Positions 47,234 to 56,662 of a DNA stretch of 64,000 nucleotides are shown here, piece after piece. The stretch covers positions 2,816,001 to 2,880,000 of the forward strand of contig OZ219926.1 in NCBI GenBank assembly GCA_964291405.2, written 5' to 3'. The translations under genes and the position numbers were made by a program. Within the stretch, counting starts at the first letter, position 1; the number at the start of each line of letters is the position of its first letter. The DNA is from Thermodesulfobacteriota bacterium (GTDB taxonomy: Bacteria; Desulfobacterota; Binatia; Bin18). The notes below the pieces were generated by a model. It was not told the DNA's origin. It saw only the letters and a program-made list of their open reading frames with translations, and did no database searches.

Positions 47234-47641
47234 ATGGGCGAGTATAACAAACCCCTCCCTCATCCCAATGAGATCTCTCAGCCCTTTTGGGATGCGGCCA
47301 AACGGCACGAACTCCAGATCCAACGCTGCAATGCGTGTGGGACTCATATCTTTTACCCGCGCGAAGCCTGCTCGGAATGCTTGGCCGCCGACCTCGTCTG
47401 GATTCCCGTATCCGGCAAGGGCAAGCTGTATTCCTACACCATTGCCCAGGCTCCGACGCACCCGGCCTTTGCCGATGATGTGCCCTACGTTATTGCCATT
47501 GTTGAGCTCGCAGAAGGTCCGCATATCACCACCAATCTGGTCGGCTGCCAGCCCGACCAGGTGACTATAGGCATGCCGGTTTTGGCATCCTTTGAGGATG
47601 TGAGTGAGGAAATGACCCTGGTCAAGTTCCGGCCCGAATAG
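47234..47641 (+). CDS. Zn-ribbon OB-fold protein (DUF35, ChsH2-like)
   Basis: PFWDA, QRCNAC...YPREAC..C, SGKG.LYSYT, PYV.AIVEL.EGP. Confidence 0.9.
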   Translation: MGEYNKPLPHPNEISQPFWDAAKRHELQIQRCNACGTHIFYPREACSECLAADLVWIPVSGKGKLYSYTIAQAPTHPAFADDVPYVIAIVELAEGPHITTNLVGCQPDQVTIGMPVLASFEDVSEEMTLVKFRPE

Positions 47642-47716
47642 GCAGGGGCAGGACGGGAAAAGACGACTGAAGGGAGTTGTAAAAATAGTCGCGCGGCAAT
47701 AGGCAATGCCGGCGGA

Positions 47717-47824
47717 TTAGTGTTTGTGCTGCCTATTGGCCGTTTTGTCCTGCACGTAGATATACAGGCTAAGTGCGAGGACAATGATGGTGCCGACGAA
47801 GAATATCCAGCCGATAGCGGTCAT
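47717..47824 (-). CDS. Putative small membrane protein (35 aa) downstream of batE
   Basis: Hand translation MTAIGWIFFVGTIIVLALSLYIYVQDKTANRQHKH*; AAGGA RBS-like sequence; starts 8 nt after the batE stop. Confidence 0.45.
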   Translation of the reverse strand: MTAIGWIFFVGTIIVLALSLYIYVQDKTANRQHKH

Positions 47825-47832
47825 GGTTCCTT

Positions 47833-48627
47833 TTATAGCTCTTCAAGGGCATCCTTTTCTATCCATCCGCGCCGCCCATCGCAGCGGGCGACCTGCCACC
47901 AGCCTTCTCGGACATCGAGCAGTCGGACCCGCGTGCCCTGGGGGACGGAGAAATGGACCGTGCCGCTCGGAGCCGGCTCAAAACGCACTGGAGTATCCTC
48001 TTGTTTGAGTACCACAGCGTGTCGCTGCCAATCGCTCGTCCGTAGCTGCTGTACCAGCGAGAGCGTTATTACCACCAGGCAGGCAGTGACCCCCCAGCCC
48101 ACGGAGAGGAGCCATTGGGGCTGCCGCGGCCACAGACGGTACACGGCAAAAACCCCGAAGAGCAATGTATAGGCCGCACTAGTGAGCCACACCAATTGGT
48201 CTGTCGCGACTCGATGGGCAAGCGGAAAGACAAGGCGTTGCCAGAGGGGCGGCTGGCAGACTTCAGCGTCCGTGAGTGAGTGGGCGAAGCGCAGGTTGGC
48301 TTCCAGGTCCGGGTCACTGGGGAGGAAGCGCCGTGCCCGCTCGTAATTCAGAATGGCCTTTCCCACTCGTCCTGCCTTGAAATAGGCGTTGCCGAGGTTG
48401 AAATAGAGATTGCCGCTGACGAAGCCGGACTGAAGCACGGCTTCGTAGGCCTCCACTGCCTCGGCGTACTGACCTTGCGTGTAGAGCGTATTCGCATGAA
48501 AAAAAGCGGTCTGAGGGGTTGTTGGCGCCGCGGCTGCCAGGGAGGGCGCCCAGCAGAGACAGACACCGCAAAGAGTAAATCGCAAGCCTCGAAATGGCCG
48601 AAGTCGGAGAAATTGCGGCAGCCTCAT
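47833..48627 (-). CDS. batE: BatE-like TPR plus SH3 protein
   Basis: TPR LYFNLGNAYFK...AILNYERA, two TMs, C-terminal SH3b (GTRV..L..REGWWQV...GWI). Confidence 0.82.
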   Translation of the reverse strand: MRLPQFLRLRPFRGLRFTLCGVCLCWAPSLAAAAPTTPQTAFFHANTLYTQGQYAEAVEAYEAVLQSGFVSGNLYFNLGNAYFKAGRVGKAILNYERARRFLPSDPDLEANLRFAHSLTDAEVCQPPLWQRLVFPLAHRVATDQLVWLTSAAYTLLFGVFAVYRLWPRQPQWLLSVGWGVTACLVVITLSLVQQLRTSDWQRHAVVLKQEDTPVRFEPAPSGTVHFSVPQGTRVRLLDVREGWWQVARCDGRRGWIEKDALEEL

Positions 48628-50534
48628 GGTCCTGTAATGCTAAGCGGCTTGCGTCGCCCCCCTTTTTTGGGGGGCTGCCGAAGGCGAGGGGGCAAAACAA
48701 CAAACTGGCGGTGAGTGCGTTCAAGCTGGTCAATAATCTGACGGACGAGGGATAGGGTCTCGTGACTCTTGTCCCGCATGGATGCCGGTGTTCCTTGGGC
48801 GAAACGCACCTGCTCGCAGGTCTCCTCAACTCGTTCAATCTGATCCAGGCTCGTCTGAGAGACGCCACGCTCGCGGAGCGCCTGTGTATCAACGCCACCA
48901 GGGGGCAGATCGAACTTGGCGGATATATAGGCTTGGAGCGTACGAGCCAGCATTGTGTACAAGGCGGGATACTCCTCCTGGGTGAGATGGTGCTCCGCTT
49001 GGGCCAGGCTCTGCCGTGCCTGTTTCCCCGCCACTGTAAAACGGGCATAGCGACTATCGGCGTGCAGTCGGCGACGACGCTGGTCGTACCACCAGACACC
49101 CAGGAAGAGCAGCACCGGCAGGGGCTGCCACAGGAGAAAACCAAGGCTGCGATACCACGGCCCGGCGTGCGGAACCAGAGAGCCGGGCTCGTCTTTGATA
49201 TAGACAATGTCCTGACCCAGTGCTTCCTGCTCGTCCTGACTGCGTGCCGATGGTGCGCCCGGGTGGCCGGTTACGACTGTTTTTCGTGTTGTAGTTTTCG
49301 GGGGACGAACGACAAGGGCAACAGGCTGGCTTTCGAGCGTCCGGTAGCGCCGGGCCTGAGGATCAAAATAACTGAACTGAGCCGCGGGAACGGCATCCAG
49401 GGTCTGGTCCTGTGGAATGAGCACCTGCTCAAAGGATTTTGTTGACCCCTGCGTTTTCCCGGCAAGCGGTTCATACACACGGAAACCATCAGTCTGCACA
49501 AATGCGGGCGCGGCGGCATCGGCAAGATAGCCCGTGCCTTCGATGCGCATATGGACAGTAATCGGGTCTCCGACAGGAAGGTCCTGCGGAGTTGCTTTCA
49601 CGTCCAACTCAAACGAGCCGACCGCGCCTGAAAAATTGTCCGGTCTGCTGGTTGCCGGTAGCGGTTGCACGCTGAGCGTCAGGGAATCGGAACGCAGGGT
49701 GAGCTGCCGCCGCTCGGAGGAAAACGTCGAAAAGAAGTCACTCTGAAAAAAACGATCAAAGAACGGGTCGCTGAAAGGCGAACCGCCCCGGCGGCGCGTG
49801 AGGACGTTGAGCTGGAGGCTCGCCGGTCCGAGCGCCAGGCTCCCGGAGCGGAGGGGAATAACCTCGGTGTCAAAATGCAAAACAGTGAATGTCTGTCCGT
49901 CCAGCGTCTGTTGCTGTTGTGTGGGTTCGGAAAACGGCTCGACAGAGAACCCGTCTTTACTGAATTGCGGATACTGAACATCGGATACGCGGGCCGCCCC
50001 AATATAAAGCTTGACCACAATGGGAACACGCTCGTGGAGATAGACTTCGTGGCGTGGAACGGAAAGCTGAAGACTCAGCCCGTTTTGGCCGCTCGTGGCT
50101 TGAGGACGTTGTTGAGCCGGAGAGGACGGTCTGCCCGACGGAGAAGGTGATGGCTGGGCGGCCGCAATCGTGACGTTAAGCGGGCCGGTGTAATACTGCC
50201 GCCCTTGATATTCCACGGGAAATGGACCCAGGGTGAACTGTCCTGGCTCGAGCGGGAGGAGAGAGTAGCGATGCTGCACAGACGCCGCGACTTGCCCATC
50301 CCTGATAGACACCTGAGTCGAGGGACCGAGATAGCGACTCTCGAAGCCGTCGATATCGAGAGTCGGGGCCGGCGTGTCCTGAGCCCCCCTGACCTGAATG
50401 GACAGCGTCAACGCTTCACCGAGCGTCGCACGCTGCGGGTGAATGGAGGCGTGGACACTCACCTCCGAGGCATCAGCCGGACAAACCAGCCCGAACAGCA
50501 GGCAGAGGAAAGGAATACACGCGCTCCTTCTCAT
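48624..50534 (-). CDS. batD: BatD-like protein
   Basis: Signal peptide, repeated Ig-like segments, F.GAVG.F, FSYFDP....Y, C-terminal TM; bat operon context. Confidence 0.8.
   Translation of the reverse strand: MRRSACIPFLCLLFGLVCPADASEVSVHASIHPQRATLGEALTLSIQVRGAQDTPAPTLDIDGFESRYLGPSTQVSIRDGQVAASVQHRYSLLPLEPGQFTLGPFPVEYQGRQYYTGPLNVTIAAAQPSPSPSGRPSSPAQQRPQATSGQNGLSLQLSVPRHEVYLHERVPIVVKLYIGAARVSDVQYPQFSKDGFSVEPFSEPTQQQQTLDGQTFTVLHFDTEVIPLRSGSLALGPASLQLNVLTRRRGGSPFSDPFFDRFFQSDFFSTFSSERRQLTLRSDSLTLSVQPLPATSRPDNFSGAVGSFELDVKATPQDLPVGDPITVHMRIEGTGYLADAAAPAFVQTDGFRVYEPLAGKTQGSTKSFEQVLIPQDQTLDAVPAAQFSYFDPQARRYRTLESQPVALVVRPPKTTTRKTVVTGHPGAPSARSQDEQEALGQDIVYIKDEPGSLVPHAGPWYRSLGFLLWQPLPVLLFLGVWWYDQRRRRLHADSRYARFTVAGKQARQSLAQAEHHLTQEEYPALYTMLARTLQAYISAKFDLPPGGVDTQALRERGVSQTSLDQIERVEETCEQVRFAQGTPASMRDKSHETLSLVRQIIDQLERTHRQFVVLPPRLRQPPKKGGRRKPLSITGP
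48656..48693. repeat. GC-rich palindromic REP-like element, family B, in the batD 3' end
   Basis: GCCCCCCTTTTTTGGGGGGCTGCCGAAGGCGAGGGGGC; similar to 53603-53648. Confidence 0.55.
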
Positions 50535-50543
50535 TCTTCTTCC

Positions 50544-51335
50544 CTACCAATCCCGTAAGGGTTCGGCCACGCCGCCGCGTTGGGCCTGCCGGGCAAACTC
50601 CTCCGGGCTGAGTTCTTCGTTACGGGCCGTATCGATCACTGACTGCGCTTCGTCCGTGGACATCTCGTTGGGCTGGTCTTGTCCAGCCTGTCTTTCCTGC
50701 TCCGCCCCAGAGGGAGCCTCTGGCTGTTCTCCGGCGTGTTGCTGGTCTTGTCCGTTCTGCTGCTGTTGCCCGTCGTCTTGTTCGGCTTGTGGCCGCTCTT
50801 CTTGTTCGGGTTGATTTGGCTGGCTGGGTTGGGGTTGATGCTCAAGTTTCTCTTGCAGGGCTTCAAGCCTTTTGGTCACAAACTCATAGTTGAACTTTAC
50901 ATCCTGATCTGTCGGGTCGGCACCAAGCGCCCGCCGATACGCGGCCAAGGCGTTGGTATAGGCGGTGAGAGCTGCCTGCGGATTCTGTTCCTCTGCCTGC
51001 GCGCCCATTTTATACTGGGTATTCCCCATGTTATAGGCGGTCCTGGCGGCCCGTTCGGCATCCTTATCGGAGTCTTCAGGGCTTGCCTGCACGCGTGAGA
51101 AAGAGGACAGCGCTTGCGTGTACTTGCCCGCTTTATAGTGCGCTGTTCCCATATTGAAATTGAGAAGCGGGGAATCGGGATGATCGACTAATGCCTGGCC
51201 ATACGATTCGGTCGCATCACTAAATTTGCCTTCGGAGAATAATCGGTTTCCCTCGACAACTTGGCTGCGCAGACTATCAGTCCAGGCGACACAGAGGAGG
51301 GCACAGCTCAGCAGCAGTCGCTGTACGGTGTTCAC
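50544..51335 (-). CDS. batC: BatC-like TPR protein
   Basis: TPRs (NFNMGTAHYK, YNMGNTQYK), Q/E-rich linker, C-terminal DW. Confidence 0.8.
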   Translation of the reverse strand: MNTVQRLLLSCALLCVAWTDSLRSQVVEGNRLFSEGKFSDATESYGQALVDHPDSPLLNFNMGTAHYKAGKYTQALSSFSRVQASPEDSDKDAERAARTAYNMGNTQYKMGAQAEEQNPQAALTAYTNALAAYRRALGADPTDQDVKFNYEFVTKRLEALQEKLEHQPQPSQPNQPEQEERPQAEQDDGQQQQNGQDQQHAGEQPEAPSGAEQERQAGQDQPNEMSTDEAQSVIDTARNEELSPEEFARQAQRGGVAEPLRDW

Positions 51336-52402
51336 GACTCGTTCTCCCTTTCTCTCGGGAATAAGGAGCGACTCAACTGCTCGGGAGGCGCTCCGTCTCC
51401 GACCGCTTGTGAACGCCGGTTCCGGATACAGGCTTCCAGGACGAGGAGGAGAAGGCCCACGGCGAGCGGGAGCTGAAAGCGCTCCGCATAGCGACGCTCC
51501 AGGGTTGAGGTGAGGTCTCGCTTCTCGAGCTGGCTCAGATAGCGCGTATAGATTTCCTCCAGACCCAGACTCGGGCCGGTATCGTAGACATAGGCGCCGC
51601 CCGTTGTCAGCGCAATCTGCTGCAAAGTCTCCGTATCCAAACGCGACTTGACGACCTGCCCCTGGCGGTCTTTCAGAAAACTGCGTCTTCCATCCACGTT
51701 GAGCGGAATCAGTTCGCCTTCCGGGCTGCCGACCCCGACGGTGTAGATTTTGATTCCTTTTGCGGCTGCCTGCTGACTGGCCGCCTGAATCTGTCCGTCA
51801 TGGTCTTCACCATCGGTGATAATCAGCAGGGCGTGATGGTGACCGGGCTGGTTCTCAAAGGCCGCCAGCCCGGTTCTGATGGCCTCGCCCAAGGCGGTTC
51901 CGCCCTTGGGGATAATACCGACCGTGACGGAACGCAGGCTCTCTAAAAATGCTCCGTAATCCAGCGTCAAGGGGCACTGGATAAAAGCCGAGCCCGCAAA
52001 AGCGACCAGTCCAATCCGGTCTCCCTGAAGGTGCTGTACGAAATCCCGAAGGGCGAGTTTAGCACGATCCAGCCGTGTCGGGGTGATATCCGTTGCGAGC
52101 ATGCTGCGCGAGGTGTCAAGCGCGACAACGATATCCGCCCCCTCACGGCGCACCTCTTCCCACTGAAACCCCCAGCGCGGCCCTGCCAGGGCAAGGATCA
52201 GGAAGGTGAGCGCCCCGACCAACAGGCCGACTCGCCAGCGGTGGCCGCGCTGATCCGTATCAGGCGTCAGAACGGGTAGGAGACTGGCCTGGGCGAATTG
52301 TTCCAAGGCGCGCCGTCGCCGTCGCAGGGCCCATATCAGGAGGCCGGCAACAAGCGGAACGCAGAACAACAGCCACAGAAACTGCGGGGTACGCCAAACC
52401 AT
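51332..52402 (-). CDS. batB: BatB-like vWA domain protein
   Basis: ALAGPRWG, MIDAS DTSRSM, GLVAFAG, PLTLD, ITDGED. Confidence 0.85.
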   Translation of the reverse strand: MVWRTPQFLWLLFCVPLVAGLLIWALRRRRRALEQFAQASLLPVLTPDTDQRGHRWRVGLLVGALTFLILALAGPRWGFQWEEVRREGADIVVALDTSRSMLATDITPTRLDRAKLALRDFVQHLQGDRIGLVAFAGSAFIQCPLTLDYGAFLESLRSVTVGIIPKGGTALGEAIRTGLAAFENQPGHHHALLIITDGEDHDGQIQAASQQAAAKGIKIYTVGVGSPEGELIPLNVDGRRSFLKDRQGQVVKSRLDTETLQQIALTTGGAYVYDTGPSLGLEEIYTRYLSQLEKRDLTSTLERRYAERFQLPLAVGLLLLVLEACIRNRRSQAVGDGAPPEQLSRSLFPRERENES

Positions 52403-53397
52403 TAGGGCAGCTTTCGGAGGAGAGTGTGATTCAGGCCCGTTTCCAGACCAGCCAGGGTAAGCGCCAACAGAAGACACCAGGGATAGAGCTCGTCATAATC
52501 GAGGTATAGGGGAGCCCGAAACGGAGTGCGCTCCAACTGGCTAATTGTTTCGTAAACGGCCTGGAGGCTGGCCGTGTCCGTTGCGCGGAAATAGCGCCCT
52601 CCCGTGGTCTGCGCAATATTCGACAGCGTCTCCTCGTCAATATCAACCTGGATGGGACGATAGACGGTATTGCCAAACAGATCCCGGGTCGGATAGGGCG
52701 CCATGCCGCGGGTGCCCGCCCCTATGGTGTATACTTTGATGCCCAGAGTGTGGGCCGCGTCCGCCGCGGTCAGTGGAGAGATCCGGCCCGCATTGTTCTG
52801 TCCATCGGTGAGCAGAATCACGAGCTTGCTCTTGGCCTCCGAGTGCTCCAGACGACCGGTCGCGGTGGCCAGGGCAGAGCCAATGGCTGTACCATCCTCA
52901 ATCATCCCAATCTCGGCTCGGTCCAAATTCTGCAACAGCCAGCCATGATCAAGGGTGAGCGGACACTGGGTATAGGGACGGGCGCTGAACAGGACCAGCC
53001 CAATCCGATCCCCGCCCCGGGCGGTCACAAAATCCCTGACCACAGACTTCACCACCTCCAGCCGATTGGCTCGACCGGTATCCAGACTGAAGTCTTCGGA
53101 CAGCATGCTGCTCGAAATATCAACGGCCAGCACGATATCGATACCTTCACCGTAAGACTGACTCTCGGCTTTGCCGAGTTGCGGACGGGCAAGGGCGAGG
53201 ACGAGGAGAAAGAGGACCGTCCCCCGCAACACCGGTAAAATCCAACGCCAGTTTCGTTTCCCCATATGTGTCAGGGAACGCAGGACAACCAAGCTGGGAT
53301 AACGGACTGCTGCCCCCTGGGTACCCCGCCGTTGGAACCAGAAGACGAGCGGGATGAGGAGCCAGATCAGCAGCACCCAGGGATCATGCAGCCGCAT
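52402..53397 (-). CDS. batA: BatA-like vWA domain protein
   Basis: ALARPQ, DISSSM, DRIGLV.F, GTAIG, LLTDGQNN, TGGRYFRA. Confidence 0.88.
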   Translation of the reverse strand: MRLHDPWVLLIWLLIPLVFWFQRRGTQGAAVRYPSLVVLRSLTHMGKRNWRWILPVLRGTVLFLLVLALARPQLGKAESQSYGEGIDIVLAVDISSSMLSEDFSLDTGRANRLEVVKSVVRDFVTARGGDRIGLVLFSARPYTQCPLTLDHGWLLQNLDRAEIGMIEDGTAIGSALATATGRLEHSEAKSKLVILLTDGQNNAGRISPLTAADAAHTLGIKVYTIGAGTRGMAPYPTRDLFGNTVYRPIQVDIDEETLSNIAQTTGGRYFRATDTASLQAVYETISQLERTPFRAPLYLDYDELYPWCLLLALTLAGLETGLNHTLLRKLP

Positions 53398-54520
53398 GTC
53401 GCTCCTCCTGTGGCCAGTCGCGCTCGTCAGCAAGTGCCTGAGCGTTCTCTGGTCGTGTTTCGTCCACAAAGCGTTTAGCCGCCTCATAGGCGACATCGCT
53501 CTCGTCCAGGCTGGGTCGATGCCGGGCGAATTTGACTAAATCCGCCTGGGCTAAGAACGTACCGAGCAGGTGCTGGTGGGTCGACGGGAGACGGCTGGGG
53601 TGGCCCCCCCTTCCCTTGGGGGGCCGCCGAGCGGAGCGAGAGCGAGGGACAGAAGAATCGCGTGTGACTGCCATCAGGAATTCTTCGGTTGTCATTTCCG
53701 GGGCGCGTACCTGGAGTCCGTCTTCCAGATAGGTCCGAACAATAGCGGACAGGGCAACATAATACGCCTCGAACTGACCGGCTTGCGGGAGGCGCTTGGC
53801 ACGCAGGTGGGACAGGGCCTCAAGTGCGACCTCGTGAGCCGGCCGGGGTGGAAGAACCGCTGCTCGACGGAATCGGTTCAGAAAATAGTAGAGGGCAAGA
53901 CCAATGCCAATCAGCGCGACCAGGATCGCTCCGCCCACGAGGACAGGCCGCCAGTTAAAGGGGACGTCTTCAGGTGGTTTGATATCGCGGATATCGGTCG
54001 GTTGCCCTTCCTGCGTAAGCAAGCTCGCCACATGAACCCGGAGCGCCTCGCCTGTGGTCTCGTGCTGGGTGCCGTCAGACGTTGTATAGGATACGCGCGG
54101 TGCCGGGAGCAGATGATAGCCTGTGGTGAAAATGGTGAGCGTATACCACTGGGTGATGGTGGTTCGTTCCGCCTGCGGCTGGTCTGGCACCCGACCAAAG
54201 TCGATAATATCAAAGTCGCCGATGCGCTCGTGGAACAGTGGGACGGAGACGTCCACGCCCGTCTCCGCGCTGATCGTAATCGTATAGCGAAGATGGTCAC
54301 CTATGGTGATTTCGTCCCGATCGACGCTGGTTTGAAGGTCAACCGGGCCGGTTGGTTTCTCTCCGTCCATAGCGGCCCGGACCACAGATGGCAGATTGAG
54401 GAGGGGCCACGCGGCGATCAGCAGAGCCAGCAGTACTTCTCGGGCAAAAAGAGTAAACGTGCCAGCAGCTTTGTATAACTTGGAGGGCACGTTCACTCTT
54501 TCACGGGGGGGGTGTCTCAT
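53384..54520 (-). CDS. Bat-operon membrane protein (DUF4381/BatD-like) with repeat-derived insertions
   Basis: DIRDIKP, TM, PAHE.AL..L, EMTTEEFL, ADLVKFA; start uncertain. Confidence 0.7.
   Translation of the reverse strand: MRHPPRERVNVPSKLYKAAGTFTLFAREVLLALLIAAWPLLNLPSVVRAAMDGEKPTGPVDLQTSVDRDEITIGDHLRYTITISAETGVDVSVPLFHERIGDFDIIDFGRVPDQPQAERTTITQWYTLTIFTTGYHLLPAPRVSYTTSDGTQHETTGEALRVHVASLLTQEGQPTDIRDIKPPEDVPFNWRPVLVGGAILVALIGIGLALYYFLNRFRRAAVLPPRPAHEVALEALSHLRAKRLPQAGQFEAYYVALSAIVRTYLEDGLQVRAPEMTTEEFLMAVTRDSSVPRSRSARRPPKGRGGHPSRLPSTHQHLLGTFLAQADLVKFARHRPSLDESDVAYEAAKRFVDETRPENAQALADERDWPQEERHAAA
53603..53648. repeat. GC-rich palindromic REP-like element, family B, inside a CDS
   Basis: GCCCCCCCTTCCCTTGGGGGGCCGCCGAGCGGAGCGAGAGCGAGGG. 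Confidence 0.55.
54448..54501. repeat. 54-bp palindromic element, family A, copy 4
   Basis: AAAGAGTAAACGTGCC-N22-GGCACGTTCACTCTTT; same total length as the other copies. Confidence 0.8.
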
Positions 54521-54529
54521 GAGGAACTT

Positions 54530-55405
54530 CTAATGCCGCTGTTCGCGCCTGCGAAAAAAGCGCAGCAAAGCGTCTACATACGGCTGGTCAGTGCGCACCG
54601 TAATGGTATCCGTATGCGCACGCTGCAACATGCGCGCTCTGTCGTCCCGGGCCGCTGCCGCCTGCCGGGCGAACTCTTCCCGGACACGCCGGTCACCAGT
54701 ATCGACCAGCTCTCGCTCTCCGGTTTCGGCATCTTGGAGCTCAATCAGACCGATGTTCGGCAGGGTCAGCTCGCGAGGGTCGTCTAACACAATGGCAATC
54801 ACGTCATGGCGACGATTGGCAATAGTGAGCGCAAAGGCGGCGTGCGGGTCGAGCCAATCGGAAATGAGAAAGACCACTGCGCGTCGCTTGCTGACATGAT
54901 TCAGATGTTCCAGGGCGGCCGTAATCTTTGTGCCGCGCTGCTGACTCTGGAAGGAGAGCACCTCACGAATTACCCGTAGAACGTGGCGGAGCCCCTTCTT
55001 CGGCGGGAGCGACAGCTCGACTTCGTTACTGAATATCACCAGCCCGACTTTGTCATTATTGGTGATGGCCGAGAAGGCAAACAGGGCCGCCATCTCTGCT
55101 GCCATCGTACTCTTTAGCTGAGACACGGTTCCAAACCGAGTCGAGGCGCTGGCGTCCACCAAGAGCATTACCGTGAGTTCTCGCTCTTCGCTAAACCGTT
55201 TGACGTGCGGGACGCCCGTCCGGGCGGTGACGTTCCAGTCTATGGTCCGGACATCATCACCGGGGAAGTATTGTCGGACCTCGGCAAACTCCATGCCGTG
55301 GCCCTTGAATGCGCTCTGGTACTGGCCGGCAAACATATCGTTGACCAAATGGCTGGTCCGAATATGAATCTTACGGACCGCTTTGAGTTGTTCCGAAGTG
55401 AGCAT
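54530..55405 (-). CDS. DUF58 domain protein
   Basis: G.GMEFAEVRQY.PGDDVRTIDWNVTAR, EERE, VDASAS, ISDW. Confidence 0.92.
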   Translation of the reverse strand: MLTSEQLKAVRKIHIRTSHLVNDMFAGQYQSAFKGHGMEFAEVRQYFPGDDVRTIDWNVTARTGVPHVKRFSEERELTVMLLVDASASTRFGTVSQLKSTMAAEMAALFAFSAITNNDKVGLVIFSNEVELSLPPKKGLRHVLRVIREVLSFQSQQRGTKITAALEHLNHVSKRRAVVFLISDWLDPHAAFALTIANRRHDVIAIVLDDPRELTLPNIGLIELQDAETGERELVDTGDRRVREEFARQAAAARDDRARMLQRAHTDTITVRTDQPYVDALLRFFRRREQRH

Positions 55406-55408
55406 AAG

Positions 55409-56398
55409 CTAGGGTACGGGCACGCCGTCAAAGATGTGTTTCAGGACGCTGTCCGCGGTCAGCTCTTCGGCCTCGGCCTCATAGGTAATAATGACCCGGT
55501 GGCGTAGAATATCCGGGCCGATGGATTTTACATCCTGCGGCGTGACGTAGCCGCGTCCCTGGAGCAAGGCATACGCTTTGGCGGCGACGGTCAATGACAA
55601 GGTGGCTCGCGGTGAAGCGCCGTACTGAATAAAACGCTGGACATCGATGTCGTAGGCCGCGGGATCGCGCGTGGCAAAGACCAGATCAATAATGTAGTCC
55701 TTGATTTTATCGTCCAGATAAATCTGGTCGGTCAGGGCACGCAACCGCACAACGTCCTCCGTGCTCAGTACGGGACTGGCGGCGGCGGGCTGAGCGGTGG
55801 ATGCCATACGGTCCAAGATCTGCCGCTCTTCTGCCTTCGAAGGATAGGTGACCCACAGCTTCAGCATGAAACGATCGACCTGGGCCTCTGGCAGGGGATA
55901 CGTGCCTTCCTGCTCAATGGGATTCTGGGTGGCCAGAACGAGGAAGGGCGCTGGCAGGAGATGGGTCTCCTCACCTATGGTGACCTGACGTTCCTGCATA
56001 GCCTCCAACAAGGCGCTTTGAACCTTGGCCGGTGCCCGGTTAATCTCATCCGCCAGAACGATATTGGCAAAGACCGGCCCTTTCTTGGTGGTAAACGTCC
56101 CCTCGCGAGGATTGTAAATCAGCGTCCCGATAAGGTCTGCGGGCAGGAGGTCCGGGGTAAATTGGAGCCGCTGAAAGCGGGCGCTGATTGCTTGGGCTAG
56201 GGTCTTCACCGACAGGGTCTTGGCCAGGCCGGGGACACCTTCCAACAGGACGTGACCGTTTGCCAACAGACCGACAATCAAGCGGTCCACGAGATACTGC
56301 TGACCGATAATGACCTGGCCAATAGCGTCTCGTAAGCGCGCCAGTGATGCCGCTTCTTCTCTCACGCGTTCGTTCAGAGCCGAAATATCTCCGTCCAT
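55409..56398 (-). CDS. moxR: MoxR-family AAA+ ATPase
   Basis: EGVPGLAKT, QFTPDLLPAD, LADEINRAPAKVQSALLEAMQERQVT, ATQNPIEQEGTYPLPEAQVDRF. Confidence 0.95.
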   Translation of the reverse strand: MDGDISALNERVREEAASLARLRDAIGQVIIGQQYLVDRLIVGLLANGHVLLEGVPGLAKTLSVKTLAQAISARFQRLQFTPDLLPADLIGTLIYNPREGTFTTKKGPVFANIVLADEINRAPAKVQSALLEAMQERQVTIGEETHLLPAPFLVLATQNPIEQEGTYPLPEAQVDRFMLKLWVTYPSKAEERQILDRMASTAQPAAASPVLSTEDVVRLRALTDQIYLDDKIKDYIIDLVFATRDPAAYDIDVQRFIQYGASPRATLSLTVAAKAYALLQGRGYVTPQDVKSIGPDILRHRVIITYEAEAEELTADSVLKHIFDGVPVP

Positions 56399-56662
56399 GT
56401 CTCTGGATGTTCTCCTCAGTCGGGGCTGTCACAGGTAATCTGTAGACGGTAATAGACGATGACAAGCCTGAATTTCTTCATTGATTTGAGTTGTTTGTTT
56501 GTCCGAGACTGCCCGTCTCTGATGCGGAAAAGTAAGAACCGAAACCACGGGTGTCAAGGGTACTCAAGAAGAGCAGGACTCTTGAGCCACAGCCAATAAA
56601 TAGGCTATGTTTCTGTCCTTCAAGCCTTTTTGACAAGGGCTCTGGTCCGGGCAGGGGAGATA

